The notes under the pieces: generated by a model | Databases searched by the model: none | What the model was told of the DNA's origin: nothing | Seen by the model: the letters and a program-made list of their open reading frames with translations, nothing else | DNA from: an uncultured virus (IMG/VR IMGVR_UViG_3300025695_000009) | Lineage: Duplodnaviria > Heunggongvirae > Uroviricota > Caudoviricetes | Strand: one strand, 5' to 3' | DNA length: 64,000 bases | Virus record (IMG/VR): IMGVR_UViG_3300025695_000009 | Program-made: the position numbers and the translations under genes | In this document: positions 19,460 to 29,465 of the stretch, piece by piece | Layout: each line of letters starts with the position of its first letter | Numbering within the stretch: the first letter of the stretch is position 1

Positions 19460-19675
19460 GTGGGGATTAGATATGATAAAATAATGAATGATAAACTGAG
19501 AAGGAGATACTGTATAGTGGAGAACACGGTTAGAGATAAAAAAAACTTTGTAGTGCAATACAAACATTATGTCTTAGGGTTTTTTCCTATATGGGTGGAT
19601 ATACTGATGCATGACACATTAGAGGAATCCATAAAATCAATAGACTTATTAATTTCTTTAAAAGTTAGTGAATAA
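19460..19675 (+). CDS. hypothetical protein
   Basis: 71-aa ORF; VVQYK..LGFFPIW. Confidence 0.55.
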   Translation: MGIRYDKIMNDKLRRRYCIVENTVRDKKNFVVQYKHYVLGFFPIWVDILMHDTLEESIKSIDLLISLKVSE

Positions 19676-19749
19676 TATTTTCTTTTTTAGAAATTTATGT
19701 TTATACTTCTAATAGAATAAGAATCCATATATGGATTAAATAGAATATT

Positions 19750-20136
19750 ATGTCAGAGACAAAACAAACACAGAACAATAGACCATCTACTCCTCGTAAT
19801 AGTAGAAACAATAATGGAGGTAAGAAAAGGTATTATAAGAAAAAGAAACCTAATACTAACAACAATAGTAGGTCAACACAGGAGACTCCTAAAGAGATTA
19901 AAATGCCAAAGGTAAGGTCTTATAAACCTAACCATAAAAAACCTGTTACGTTCGGGGAGATTCAGTATAGTGATAAGATTACTATGTTATTAGGGGGAGT
20001 TACTTTACTAGCCTCTTTAATAATGTGGTTTATGGGTAAGACTGAGGAAGCCATTTACTTAGGTATATGGGTACCGGGTGTATTCGCGGCTAGTTCTTTC
20101 ATTAGACTTTCATATACTCGTGCGAAGCGTAAATAA
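19750..20136 (+). CDS. membrane protein with basic disordered N-terminus
   Basis: N/K/R-rich N-terminal half; two hydrophobic helices at C-terminus. Confidence 0.7.
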   Translation: MSETKQTQNNRPSTPRNSRNNNGGKKRYYKKKKPNTNNNSRSTQETPKEIKMPKVRSYKPNHKKPVTFGEIQYSDKITMLLGGVTLLASLIMWFMGKTEEAIYLGIWVPGVFAASSFIRLSYTRAKRK

Positions 20137-20139
20137 GCA

Positions 20140-20451
20140 ATGGATAATTATATAGTACTTTACGGATTATTAGTATTGGTGGTGTTTATAAAGACATCAT
20201 GGATAGAATACTTACTTATGAGTAAGAACCCATCTAAATATAGGAAAGGGTTTATAGATAATACTGCCCGTAGAGAAACTGTATTTGAGATAATTCATAA
20301 ACTATATACTCACCCTAAGTTAATCAACAAAAATAATAAGAACTCAGTGTCTAATAACATGGACGATATACGTCAGGTTATTAAGGAGTATCTAAAAGAT
20401 TGTGAACACAATGATGAGAACACCAAAGATAGACAAAGTAAAGGTAGGTGA
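20140..20451 (+). CDS. hypothetical membrane-anchored protein
   Basis: N-terminal transmembrane helix. Confidence 0.6.
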   Translation: MDNYIVLYGLLVLVVFIKTSWIEYLLMSKNPSKYRKGFIDNTARRETVFEIIHKLYTHPKLINKNNKNSVSNNMDDIRQVIKEYLKDCEHNDENTKDRQSKGR

Positions 20452-21037
20452 TTATTATGTATACACTACCGAAATAGAATACATAAAGAACTTAGACCAG
20501 GAAACATTAATAGATGAGGTTTGGTCTAACGATTTTTTAGGTTCAAACTATAACGATGAAGGGGAATTGGAGGACCAAGGACCTGGGGTTCATTATAGTA
20601 TCGATGTTAATAATGGTGAATTACCACATTTCTTTGTCGATGCTCATTCTTTCGCTACCAACTTTGCTAGTTCACTTAGAGCTTTAAGGGGTGAGAATAC
20701 TGAAATATTAAATGAGTCTGCTTGGATTATCGCAGCCCAAGATGAGCATACACCTTATTGGCATACTCATAGACGAAACATTGCAGACCCTAGACTTAGT
20801 GATGATGATGAACAGGTAGATTCTACATACTCATATTCCTTTTATTTGAATACACCTGAATGTGGTTCACCATTCTCTGATTTATTATTCGCACATAAAG
20901 ATGATGTATTCTCTATGCCGATTACAACGGGTAAGTTATGTTTATTTGATGGTGACATTTTTCATAAACCACAATTGGTCCCTAAAGAGTTTGGATGGAG
21001 GTACTGTATTGCTGGTGATATTCTCTATAAAGATTAG
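20402..21037 (+). CDS. putative 2OG-Fe(II) oxygenase
   Basis: WHTH, YSFYL, G.LCLFDG.IFH.P, RYCIAG. Confidence 0.7.
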   Translation: MNTMMRTPKIDKVKVGDYYVYTTEIEYIKNLDQETLIDEVWSNDFLGSNYNDEGELEDQGPGVHYSIDVNNGELPHFFVDAHSFATNFASSLRALRGENTEILNESAWIIAAQDEHTPYWHTHRRNIADPRLSDDDEQVDSTYSYSFYLNTPECGSPFSDLLFAHKDDVFSMPITTGKLCLFDGDIFHKPQLVPKEFGWRYCIAGDILYKD

Positions 21038-21080
21038 TGAATTTTTCACTACTTATAGTACGAATTATTAAACTATTATT

Positions 21081-21425
21081 ATGAAAAATCTTATATGGGG
21101 ACTTGTAATGTTCACAGTAGCACAAACTTTAATATGGATTCAAACTAATGGTCAGTTTGTATGGCCGTGGTTTAAGAAAAACCCATTAATTATCTCCATA
21201 TTAGGAGGTACAGTAATATCTTATGTTTTTATAAAGGGGACTGCTTTGGTTGCTGAGTATTTTGACGGTCAATTATGGCCGGGTAGATTCTTAGGTCAGG
21301 CCAGTGGTATTGTCGTTTTTACTGTTCTAACATTCGCATTATTAAACGAAGGTATTAATACTAAGACAGGTGTGTCATTAATGTTAGCAATCATCTTACT
21401 GTTGATTCAAATTTTTTGGAAATAG
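21081..21425 (+). CDS. small 4-TM membrane protein (DMT/SMR-like)
   Basis: four hydrophobic segments; LLNEGI loop. Confidence 0.6.
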   Translation: MKNLIWGLVMFTVAQTLIWIQTNGQFVWPWFKKNPLIISILGGTVISYVFIKGTALVAEYFDGQLWPGRFLGQASGIVVFTVLTFALLNEGINTKTGVSLMLAIILLLIQIFWK

Positions 21426-22121
21426 ATGAAGATAGCTATAGTATCTTTTTATTATTACAACAACAATTACTGGTGTAATCGAGAGATATTACAATCCTAC
21501 TGCGATTTACACGGTTATGACTTACACTATACAATAGAGAAAGTGGAAAGTGAGAATATCCATTCACCGACATACGATGGTATGGTTTATATGAAAAATC
21601 TTTTTTCAGAAGGTTATGATTGGGTTTTTTGGTTGGATGGGGCCGATATTATCATATCAAACCCAAAGTTAAAATTGGAGGATATGATTTCCGATAGACC
21701 AATTCAATTTTCAAATGACGTTATAACAAATAACCCTGTAAACTTATATGAGTGTAATAGTGGTTTTTGGGGAGTAAGAAACTGTGATATATCAAAAACC
21801 TTTTTAAACGATGTTTTAGAGAGTTATGACGATAATTACCATAATGGGTGGTCTGAAGAGTTTTGGGGTGACCAAGACGCCCTTAAGGGTATTGGTGAGG
21901 GTTATAGTGACCATATAGATACGTCATCATTACATCAATCGTATTGGTTCTATAATACCCCTGATTTTTATAATATGGACATTAAATCAATGATAAACTA
22001 CTTTGGGAATCAAAGTAATAATAGAAATGTCTTTAAATTTGGTGATTTTTTAATACATTTTGCAGGAAGAGTCCTCTCACCAAAAGAGATGGAGAATATA
22101 TATGACAAATTACAACCCTAA
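21426..22121 (+). CDS. glycosyltransferase (GT34/MNN10-like)
   Basis: YC..HGYD, YDWVFWLD, NSG.W..RN, DQDAL, GDFLIHFAG. Confidence 0.7.
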   Translation: MKIAIVSFYYYNNNYWCNREILQSYCDLHGYDLHYTIEKVESENIHSPTYDGMVYMKNLFSEGYDWVFWLDGADIIISNPKLKLEDMISDRPIQFSNDVITNNPVNLYECNSGFWGVRNCDISKTFLNDVLESYDDNYHNGWSEEFWGDQDALKGIGEGYSDHIDTSSLHQSYWFYNTPDFYNMDIKSMINYFGNQSNNRNVFKFGDFLIHFAGRVLSPKEMENIYDKLQP

Positions 22122-22884
22122 AATATTAATATTAAATCCTGATACTTTAATTGGTGAATCCTACTACAACGAAAGTGAATTACATTTTGCCCGTACCGTA
22201 TTATGTGATGTAACTAAAAAATATTGTGATAAGTGGGGATATGATTACATCAGAGACACTGAAATCATAGAAAATATTAATGAAGTTAAAGGAAATAATC
22301 GTAGTGGGTGGACTCTATCAACGTGTAATAAAGTCCTACAGGTTCAAAAACACCTACCGAATTATGATTACGTGTGTGTGATTGATACCTATGACGTTTT
22401 AATCACCAATATGAACAAACCACTTACCGATTTTATAGACGAAGATTACTCATTTTTTATTGGTGAGGATGTGTACCATCCTGAAACGCCAAAATTTATG
22501 GAAAGAATTAATTCAGGTTGGATAATTTTTAAGAACGATGAAGTGTCTCATATGATACTTAAAAATTATGTAGATTGTCTGTATGAGTTAGATTATGGTT
22601 ATGATGATTATAATGACCAAAACTTATTACTCTGTTCGGTTAACAAATTAACTAACGAACAAAAGTCAAAAATTAACCATGCCGATAAAATTAAACAATC
22701 GTATTGGATTTATAACACTCCGAGTGAATTTGAAATTGGTAATGGGGATTACAGTAGAATGGAAACCCTAATTAAATCAAAATACCTATGGAAACCTGGT
22801 GACTTTATGATTCATATGTGTGGTCACATAAATAGAATGCAACTTTTAGAGAAGTTTTATAATACCATATATGGAACTAATTAA
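22102..22884 (+). CDS. glycosyltransferase (GT34/MNN10-like), tandem paralog
   Basis: YC.KWGYD, YDYV..ID, INSGW..FKN, DQ, GDFMIHMCG. Confidence 0.7.
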   Translation: MTNYNPKILILNPDTLIGESYYNESELHFARTVLCDVTKKYCDKWGYDYIRDTEIIENINEVKGNNRSGWTLSTCNKVLQVQKHLPNYDYVCVIDTYDVLITNMNKPLTDFIDEDYSFFIGEDVYHPETPKFMERINSGWIIFKNDEVSHMILKNYVDCLYELDYGYDDYNDQNLLLCSVNKLTNEQKSKINHADKIKQSYWIYNTPSEFEIGNGDYSRMETLIKSKYLWKPGDFMIHMCGHINRMQLLEKFYNTIYGTN

Positions 22885-23959
22885 ATTATTCGAGGATATG
22901 ACAACCATAAAAGATGGTAGTGAGAAAATTACTTCATTGGATGGTTTTAATTTTAGTTTGTCAGAAGAAAAATATACTACTCCTTCAGAAAAAAGTAATC
23001 TTGCGGTGGTTTGGTTCTTATTTGGAGAGAGAAAAGAGTATGTGTTACTTACTTACTATTCGGTATTATCCTTTTTAAGGAATACCGACCTTAAAGAATT
23101 TAATAGGTACATAGTCATACCTAATGATTATCAGTTTGAATATCTTTTACCCTTATTTAATCAATTTGGTGTTGAGGTTAGGTATACGTCAAAACCATTT
23201 AAGTATATCGATTCTGAATCTGATATTGTTACTAACCATACTCACGTATTTTCTGTTGATAGTGATTGTTTCTCATACTCAGTAAGTGAACCTAAAAGTT
23301 ACTTCAATAAATTAAGTTTGTATTTACAAAACTTGTCGAAAGTAGGTGTACTTAGTCCATACCTATGTATGAACTTAAATAAGGGTGGTGGATTGATAAT
23401 GCATCGTTTATATGGTTATTTTATTGCCCTCACCGAATCTACAGATACGGAACTTAAAAAATACCGAACAGAAGAAGAGGTATCTAAAAAATACTTTGAG
23501 TCTTACCACGTAGACGATATAAAAATTGCATTAACCCCGCTAATTGAAGAGTTTGGAGATAGATTTGATTTGAATGAACTAGTCACAAACTTTATCTCCT
23601 CACAATGGCCAGTTAATGAAGTTTTTTGTGTATCAACAGAAGTATTCAAAGACCATCTGTTGTATAAATTAATTGAAATATCGCAGAAAAATCAAAAATG
23701 GTTTTGGGATGATGAAATAATATATAAGATTTACTTTGCTCTGACTCAACAACATAATCATCATATAATTCCTCTAACAAAAAAACCTGACGATGTGTCT
23801 TCATTTATGATTAGACCTCACGGAGTTCCACCATTAGAGTCAATGAGTGAGGATTATTTATACTTTGTACACCCATATAATGAGATTGGTGGTTGGTGGG
23901 ACATAAAAGACCTACATAGGGTGTTATATAACGATAAACCCTCCGAAGAGGGCTTATAG
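22871..23959 (+). CDS. glycosyltransferase-like hypothetical protein
   Basis: YSVLSF, VDSDCF (DxD), WDDE; located in GT cluster. Confidence 0.45.
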   Translation: MELIKLFEDMTTIKDGSEKITSLDGFNFSLSEEKYTTPSEKSNLAVVWFLFGERKEYVLLTYYSVLSFLRNTDLKEFNRYIVIPNDYQFEYLLPLFNQFGVEVRYTSKPFKYIDSESDIVTNHTHVFSVDSDCFSYSVSEPKSYFNKLSLYLQNLSKVGVLSPYLCMNLNKGGGLIMHRLYGYFIALTESTDTELKKYRTEEEVSKKYFESYHVDDIKIALTPLIEEFGDRFDLNELVTNFISSQWPVNEVFCVSTEVFKDHLLYKLIEISQKNQKWFWDDEIIYKIYFALTQQHNHHIIPLTKKPDDVSSFMIRPHGVPPLESMSEDYLYFVHPYNEIGGWWDIKDLHRVLYNDKPSEEGL

Positions 23960-23960
23960 A

Positions 23961-25346
23961 TTACATATTGTCTAATTGGTCGTAAAGGGTATTTATTTTA
24001 CTTATAATAGTATTTTTCTCTGATTGTGTTAGAAAGTTCTTTGACTCAACAAACTCTTTAAGGTCAGGTGCGTTAGTGTCATTCTTCAAATATCCCATTG
24101 ATATATCAATTGACTGTTGGTAGTTTAACTTAAATCGGTTAGGGTTATTTAAGTTACCGTTAATTAAATGATTCAATCCAAAGATTACTGATTCGTAAAA
24201 CATATCATCTCCCGTGATGTATCCCATTGTGAATACGTCATCATACATACGTTGACTATTGTCTGAACGAGATACTAAACATTTTAAGATGACTAATGAT
24301 GCTAAATCTACCTCACCGTAATCTTTAAGTGCGGTTCCGATGTATTGAGATTCAAATGAGTTACGTTTCCCGTAGTTTGTTAACCAACCTAAGTATAACC
24401 ATTGAACTTCATTAAGTAATCTATTATTAATCTCAGCCCCATTACCCACATTAGAACCATTGTCCTGACTTCTACGAGCGATATTACCGACATCCCATAT
24501 ACCATCACCGATTGAGAAATAAGCTACGTTGTAGTTACCTAATTCCTCTCCAAAAGATAAATCACTATTTGGTTTGATTACGTGTTGCATGTATAGTGTT
24601 GCCATCCATCTTTGGTAATCGAAAGAAGTTTCGAAGTCATTAAACCCGTGTTCTCCTGGGTTACGTTCACCTTCAGTCATAGAATGGTGTGATACGTATA
24701 ATAGTGACTCTAAATTTTGTTTGGTTGGATTCTCTAAGTAGTCTTCATATTTACCCTGTAAGTCTTTTTCTGTTTGTAAGTCTAACTCAGGTAACCAATC
24801 TAAGTTATCATCGTAGAGTGTGTTTGTTTCATCACCTTTGAACCAACGTGGGAACTCAAAATCGTATGTCACTCCATTACGGAAATCCCAACTATTAATT
24901 ACTGTTGAGGTAAGTGAAGTACTACCGTCCCATAGTTGATTCGGTTCAACCCCATTAGAATTATCAATACCTATCATACTAGCTAGTGAACTATTATTAT
25001 TAGGTGTAACATTTAATGTTTTAAGGTAAGCTGCGATGTGGTAAGACTCTTCTTTACTGATGTGTGTCATAGCACGAGTAACAACGATAGAATCCTGTTC
25101 TTTAATGTTAATCTTACCAAACTGTACGATATCAACACCGGTTGGTGAAAGATGACAGTTAACACAAGAACGACCGTTGATGTCTTTAGAGTTGAGGTAT
25201 ATATCCAACCCTAAGTCAGAATCACCATACTCGTCCACTGAGTCTGAAATACTTTTGTAAGTGGGTTGTACTGGTTCGATATAGATTTCTTCTTTTTCAC
25301 AAGAAAAAAGGGATAGTACGATAAGAGGTAGAAGTAGTTTTTTCAT
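23961..25346 (-). CDS. lipoprotein with CXXCH heme-c binding motif
   Basis: MKKLLLPLIVLSLFSC lipobox; SCVNCH; TATATTTG at 25368-25375 (minus). Confidence 0.7.
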   Translation of the reverse strand: MKKLLLPLIVLSLFSCEKEEIYIEPVQPTYKSISDSVDEYGDSDLGLDIYLNSKDINGRSCVNCHLSPTGVDIVQFGKINIKEQDSIVVTRAMTHISKEESYHIAAYLKTLNVTPNNNSSLASMIGIDNSNGVEPNQLWDGSTSLTSTVINSWDFRNGVTYDFEFPRWFKGDETNTLYDDNLDWLPELDLQTEKDLQGKYEDYLENPTKQNLESLLYVSHHSMTEGERNPGEHGFNDFETSFDYQRWMATLYMQHVIKPNSDLSFGEELGNYNVAYFSIGDGIWDVGNIARRSQDNGSNVGNGAEINNRLLNEVQWLYLGWLTNYGKRNSFESQYIGTALKDYGEVDLASLVILKCLVSRSDNSQRMYDDVFTMGYITGDDMFYESVIFGLNHLINGNLNNPNRFKLNYQQSIDISMGYLKNDTNAPDLKEFVESKNFLTQSEKNTIISKINTLYDQLDNM

Positions 25347-25390
25347 AATGTTTTGTTTTTAACACTACAAATATACAACATAACTTTGGA

Positions 25391-26170
25391 TTATAAAAAT
25401 AACCCTCCGAAAAATTTTCTTAATTCCATATCTGTGTTGATTTCGTTTGGTGCTCCACTCTTGTTTGAAACCAAAACATATGCGTCATCGTCATCAGAAT
25501 ATAATTTTATACCATTATCTTTAAGTATTTGGTCAGCATACTCTACCGTAGTATTGTCTATTTCAACAGTGACAACTCCTCTACTCACATAGGCATAATC
25601 AATTCCCGATTCCTCCATATCTTTTAATGTTTCTACATTACGCATAGATTTTAATATGGTATCTAACTTTTCTAATGAAAGGTAAATGTCATAGTCCACT
25701 TCTATCGTTAATGGAGACATATAATTACCGTCACACACCTCACATGCTGAACTCATACCTTCACATTCAGGACATTCTATATAATCACCTTCTTCATCAC
25801 TATATATCGTTCCATCACCAGGACAGGTTTCACATTCCTTTTCCCCTTCTGTACAGTGTGAACACTCTATAGGTTCTTCGGTATCGCTATGTCTTGCAAA
25901 TAAAAAATACGTTATATTTTCGTTCTCAATCAAAACCTTATAGGTGTCCTCAAAGTTTTCGTCATAAGTAACCATTGTATGTGCGATTATACAGGAGTTT
26001 AAAAGGTCGACCTGTCTTACAGGTTTGTTACCCATCGCCATCTTGACAAATTTTTTTAATTTGGTATCTTTAGATAAAGAAATATGAAAGTTCAAATTAC
26101 CTTTTTTGTATTTTGACTTTACATATAATAAAACAATTTTAGTTATTTCTTTTAATGTTGACTTATCCAT
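25391..26170 (-). CDS. hypothetical protein with DnaJ-type CxxCxG zinc finger
   Basis: CSHCTEG, CETCPGDG, CPECEG, CEVCDG; start refined to MDKSTL with TATTTAT at 26191-26197. Confidence 0.7.
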   Translation of the reverse strand: MDKSTLKEITKIVLLYVKSKYKKGNLNFHISLSKDTKLKKFVKMAMGNKPVRQVDLLNSCIIAHTMVTYDENFEDTYKVLIENENITYFLFARHSDTEEPIECSHCTEGEKECETCPGDGTIYSDEEGDYIECPECEGMSSACEVCDGNYMSPLTIEVDYDIYLSLEKLDTILKSMRNVETLKDMEESGIDYAYVSRGVVTVEIDNTTVEYADQILKDNGIKLYSDDDDAYVLVSNKSGAPNEINTDMELRKFFGGLFL

Positions 26171-26239
26171 ATCGGGTTTGTTATCATAATATAAATATAA
26201 TGGTTTACGATTTAAAAATAAACGACTATACTTAAAAAT

Positions 26240-26398
26240 ATGAGTGAACTTAGTCATATCGCTAAAGATTTGGTTAGTACCGTTTTAAGGTATCCTAATG
26301 ATATGGAATTAGGTAACTACATAAGACAACAAACTTTACTCATTGAGAGACAACATAAAAGAAATAAAGATATACATATTAAAAAAGATATTGAATGA
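26240..26398 (+). CDS. small hypothetical protein (52 aa, not in ORF track)
   Basis: MSELSH...YPNDMELG; ATGA overlap with 26395. Confidence 0.6.
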   Translation: MSELSHIAKDLVSTVLRYPNDMELGNYIRQQTLLIERQHKRNKDIHIKKDIE

Positions 26399-27015
26399 TT
26401 ATTATTGACAATTTTGTACAGGATGAAAAACTCCTTTCAAGAATACGAGAAGAATTAGGTAAAGAGGACTCTGAATTTTGGGGTGACTATGGTAACTACT
26501 CTTGGTATGAAGGGTGGTGGAAAAGAGAACCTGAAACACTAAGAGAAGAACTTATTAAGTATATTTGGGGAGATAACTGTCCATTAAATTATGATTTAGA
26601 TGTTGAGGGGTTTGAACATTGGACAGGGTCACAATCAGCAAGTGACGAAAAGAAAGAGGACCATTTAAAACAACATTTCGATAAAGATGAAGACCTTTGG
26701 CATGTAACAGGTGAGGTTAAAAGACCGGTTATTGGTACCGTATACTATCCAATCGAGCACGATATAGATGGAGGACAGTTACAGGTATGGGACACATACG
26801 AAGTTGACTTTGAAGCCGAACACGAATTAATATCACCAAAACCAAATAGATTAATCATATTTGATGCTGGTAAATTACACAGAGTTAATCAGGTGACTAG
26901 AGGAACTAGATACGCAATTGCAATTAACTTATGGGATTACCTCCCTGAAACGATTAAGAATATCCAAAGTGATAAGGGAACTTTCTACGAGCAACAGGAA
27001 AAAGGATTAATATAA
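26395..27015 (+). CDS. 2OG-Fe(II) oxygenase
   Basis: IIIDNF, HFDKDE, GG.L, PKPNRLIIFD, H.V, R.AIAINLW. Confidence 0.85.
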   Translation: MIIIDNFVQDEKLLSRIREELGKEDSEFWGDYGNYSWYEGWWKREPETLREELIKYIWGDNCPLNYDLDVEGFEHWTGSQSASDEKKEDHLKQHFDKDEDLWHVTGEVKRPVIGTVYYPIEHDIDGGQLQVWDTYEVDFEAEHELISPKPNRLIIFDAGKLHRVNQVTRGTRYAIAINLWDYLPETIKNIQSDKGTFYEQQEKGLI

Positions 27016-27021
27016 AAAGAG

Positions 27022-27048
27022 AAGGGGGACCTAATGGTCCCCTTTTTT
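27022..27048 (+). terminator. intrinsic terminator
   Basis: GGGGACC-TAAT-GGTCCCC plus T6. Confidence 0.8.
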
Positions 27049-27272
27049 ATTCTTTTCATTTATTTTTACCTCTACTGAGTCAACTACCTTGGATTCCTCG
27101 GTTGTTGAATCTTCATCAAATATGGGTTCATCCCAATAGAGAAATCTCCATCCATCTTTCTCTTCTCTCATAAAATATTTTGATTAATTAAATTTAATTA
27201 CTTAATATTAAGTAACCTTAACAACAAACTCAAGTTAATGTTGAGGTAAAGATATAAATAATAAGAAATGTA

Positions 27273-27842
27273 ATGTATAAGTACGTAATTGAGATTGTCG
27301 GTATCGGTTGCGAAATTTTTTCAGGCGAGTTAGATTTAAAAGACCTCGAAAAGATTGAATCACTTATTAATGCGACAAAGTTACCACTTAATGAGGTGAT
27401 TGAAGATTCTGACTTAATTCGTTCTTTAGATATTGGTGTCGATAACTGGTATGAATTAGATGATATTTGTCACGTTTATGGTTCTTATCATAGAATGAGT
27501 CGAGTTAAAGTAATTGGAGAGGACGTTGAGGTTTTTAACCCATCAAACTTATCTACTTCAGTTGATGATTTCTACTCTTTAGATGAATTCAACTCAATCT
27601 ATACCATCACACAGGAGAAAGGGATATTAGTTAAATCCAATTTAGTGACTAAGGAACCTTTTGATTCAAATAGACTTACATTATTAGTAACTAAAGTTAT
27701 TAAGAATAATAAAACATTATATGTTATTACTGGGTTTACTTATAATGACGAATACCTTAAATTAGAAAGTACACTTACCGAACAAATTAGTGCTTCGACA
27801 CATTTACGTAACACAACAGTAGATGACTGTACATTAATTTAA
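27273..27842 (+). CDS. hypothetical protein
   Basis: 189-aa ORF; G.G.E, WYELDD..H, EKG motifs. Confidence 0.7.
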   Translation: MYKYVIEIVGIGCEIFSGELDLKDLEKIESLINATKLPLNEVIEDSDLIRSLDIGVDNWYELDDICHVYGSYHRMSRVKVIGEDVEVFNPSNLSTSVDDFYSLDEFNSIYTITQEKGILVKSNLVTKEPFDSNRLTLLVTKVIKNNKTLYVITGFTYNDEYLKLESTLTEQISASTHLRNTTVDDCTLI

Positions 27843-27864
27843 TATTTATATTTAAATTCTTATT

Positions 27865-28188
27865 ATGGTTGAACCTAGAGGATTACATACTCTTCAAGAT
27901 AATCTATTACTGTCATTTGAAATAAGTGTTAGTGAAAGTGAACTTAGAGATATGGATTATTTGTATGTAAGTAGATTTTTAAAATCATTAGTGGATGAAG
28001 AACTAAACGCCCTTTGGATGTCTTCAATAACCGTTAGTTTTGTTTCAGACTTGGATTTAGTATTACACCTTTGTAAATGGGTACTTCCATTTATCGAAGA
28101 AAAAGAATGGTATGAGTTATGTTCCGGGGTATTGACTACAATGAATAACTGTAAGTTATTCTCTAATGAACATCCGGGATTATTATAA
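27865..28188 (+). CDS. hypothetical protein
   Basis: E.YE.C motif; TATTTAT at 27843-27849. Confidence 0.6.
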   Translation: MVEPRGLHTLQDNLLLSFEISVSESELRDMDYLYVSRFLKSLVDEELNALWMSSITVSFVSDLDLVLHLCKWVLPFIEEKEWYELCSGVLTTMNNCKLFSNEHPGLL

Positions 28189-28191
28189 AAT

Positions 28192-28219
28192 AAAAAAGGG
28201 GTCGTGAGACCCCTTTTTT
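28192..28219. terminator. bidirectional intrinsic terminator
   Basis: AAAAAAGGGGTC-GTGA-GACCCCTTTTTT. Confidence 0.85.
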
Positions 28220-28237
28220 ATATCTTTTAGTATGATA

Positions 28238-28537
28238 TTATCTAATACCACCTAATCCACTGTAGTTTGTGTGTGACCCAGTATTGGACCCTGTGTGTGA
28301 CCCTGTGTGTGACCCAGTATTGGACCCTGTGTATGAAGTGATTACCTCACCTTCGTCACTAGACGAACCACCACCTCCGTGATTACTATCGCTAGATGTA
28401 CCACCGCCGGTGTATGAACCTCCATTGTTACGAGTAGTTGTTGGTGTTACCACCACGTTACTTTTTTTCTTTGTTAATTTTTTATAAACAAAGAATACAA
28501 TTGCTATTACAACTGCTACTATTAAAAATTTCCACAT
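28238..28537 (-). CDS. membrane-anchored G/S/T-rich protein with GS(N/H)T repeats
   Basis: N-terminal TM; 12-nt tandem repeats at ~28268-28332. Confidence 0.7.
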   Translation of the reverse strand: MWKFLIVAVVIAIVFFVYKKLTKKKSNVVVTPTTTRNNGGSYTGGGTSSDSNHGGGGSSSDEGEVITSYTGSNTGSHTGSHTGSNTGSHTNYSGLGGIR

Positions 28538-28550
28538 AATATATAAGTTT

Positions 28551-29198
28551 TTAAGGTTTATGTATTTTACCTATACTGTATCGTTTAATACCCATAGGTT
28601 TTAACGTATTTAAAATCTTTTCTTCTAATTTAAACACAGTTTCTTTATTTCTATCATTAACTGAGTCGGTTAATAAATTAATCTCCTCATTTTCTTGGTC
28701 AATTATATCAATAATCATAATTTGTTCTTCAGTGAAATAAACGCTATCAACATCAATGACTTTGTTTAGTTGAAGTCTTACATCGTCTAACACTGTTAAC
28801 AATGATTTATTTAATTTAGATAACTCACCACAATTAATGTGGTAATCATCTTTATATTTTTTATTTGATATACTGATTATCTTAAATGTCTTAATTATAG
28901 ACTTATTTATGATATTAGTCAATGTAACGTGGATATCTTGATATACCCATCCAGTATCTTTAAAGATAGAATCGTAGTAGTATTCTACGTAATCTCCCTC
29001 TTTAGGTTTTAAATTTTCAACTTCATACCAGTTATTACCGTTAAAAGTGACTTTTCCTTTTAAATCCCATATACTTAAATAAAGAACCCCCGAACAAACC
29101 TTAGGTGAGTTCGTTGTGAATGTGAATGATGCGTATGGATGTGAAACCGTAAAGGTCTTATCCGTTAATTCAATTAATGTATCATTTATACTCATCAT
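28551..29198 (-). CDS. hypothetical late protein
   Basis: ORF; TATTTAT at 29206-29212. Confidence 0.65.
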   Translation of the reverse strand: MMSINDTLIELTDKTFTVSHPYASFTFTTNSPKVCSGVLYLSIWDLKGKVTFNGNNWYEVENLKPKEGDYVEYYYDSIFKDTGWVYQDIHVTLTNIINKSIIKTFKIISISNKKYKDDYHINCGELSKLNKSLLTVLDDVRLQLNKVIDVDSVYFTEEQIMIIDIIDQENEEINLLTDSVNDRNKETVFKLEEKILNTLKPMGIKRYSIGKIHKP

Positions 29199-29246
29199 AT
29201 ACTATATAAATATTTATAATTAATAAATAATCACTATATTATTGTT

Positions 29247-29465
29247 ATGAGTAAAATATCTGATACAATAATCGCTTGGTATGACGAAATGATTAGTCAT
29301 CACGAGAGTGTTGAAAATTACGAAGCGTGTAATTTTCTGAAGATTTCTAAAGAGTCATACTTAGACTTCCAAAAGGAAGGTACGGTACTATTTAGAGGTG
29401 AGAGATACACGGCAGAAGAGGTTATTGAGATATTAAAAGAAATTAAAGATAAACGGCCTCAATAG
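29247..29465 (+). CDS. hypothetical protein
   Basis: 72-aa ORF; ENYEAC motif. Confidence 0.65.
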   Translation: MSKISDTIIAWYDEMISHHESVENYEACNFLKISKESYLDFQKEGTVLFRGERYTAEEVIEILKEIKDKRPQ

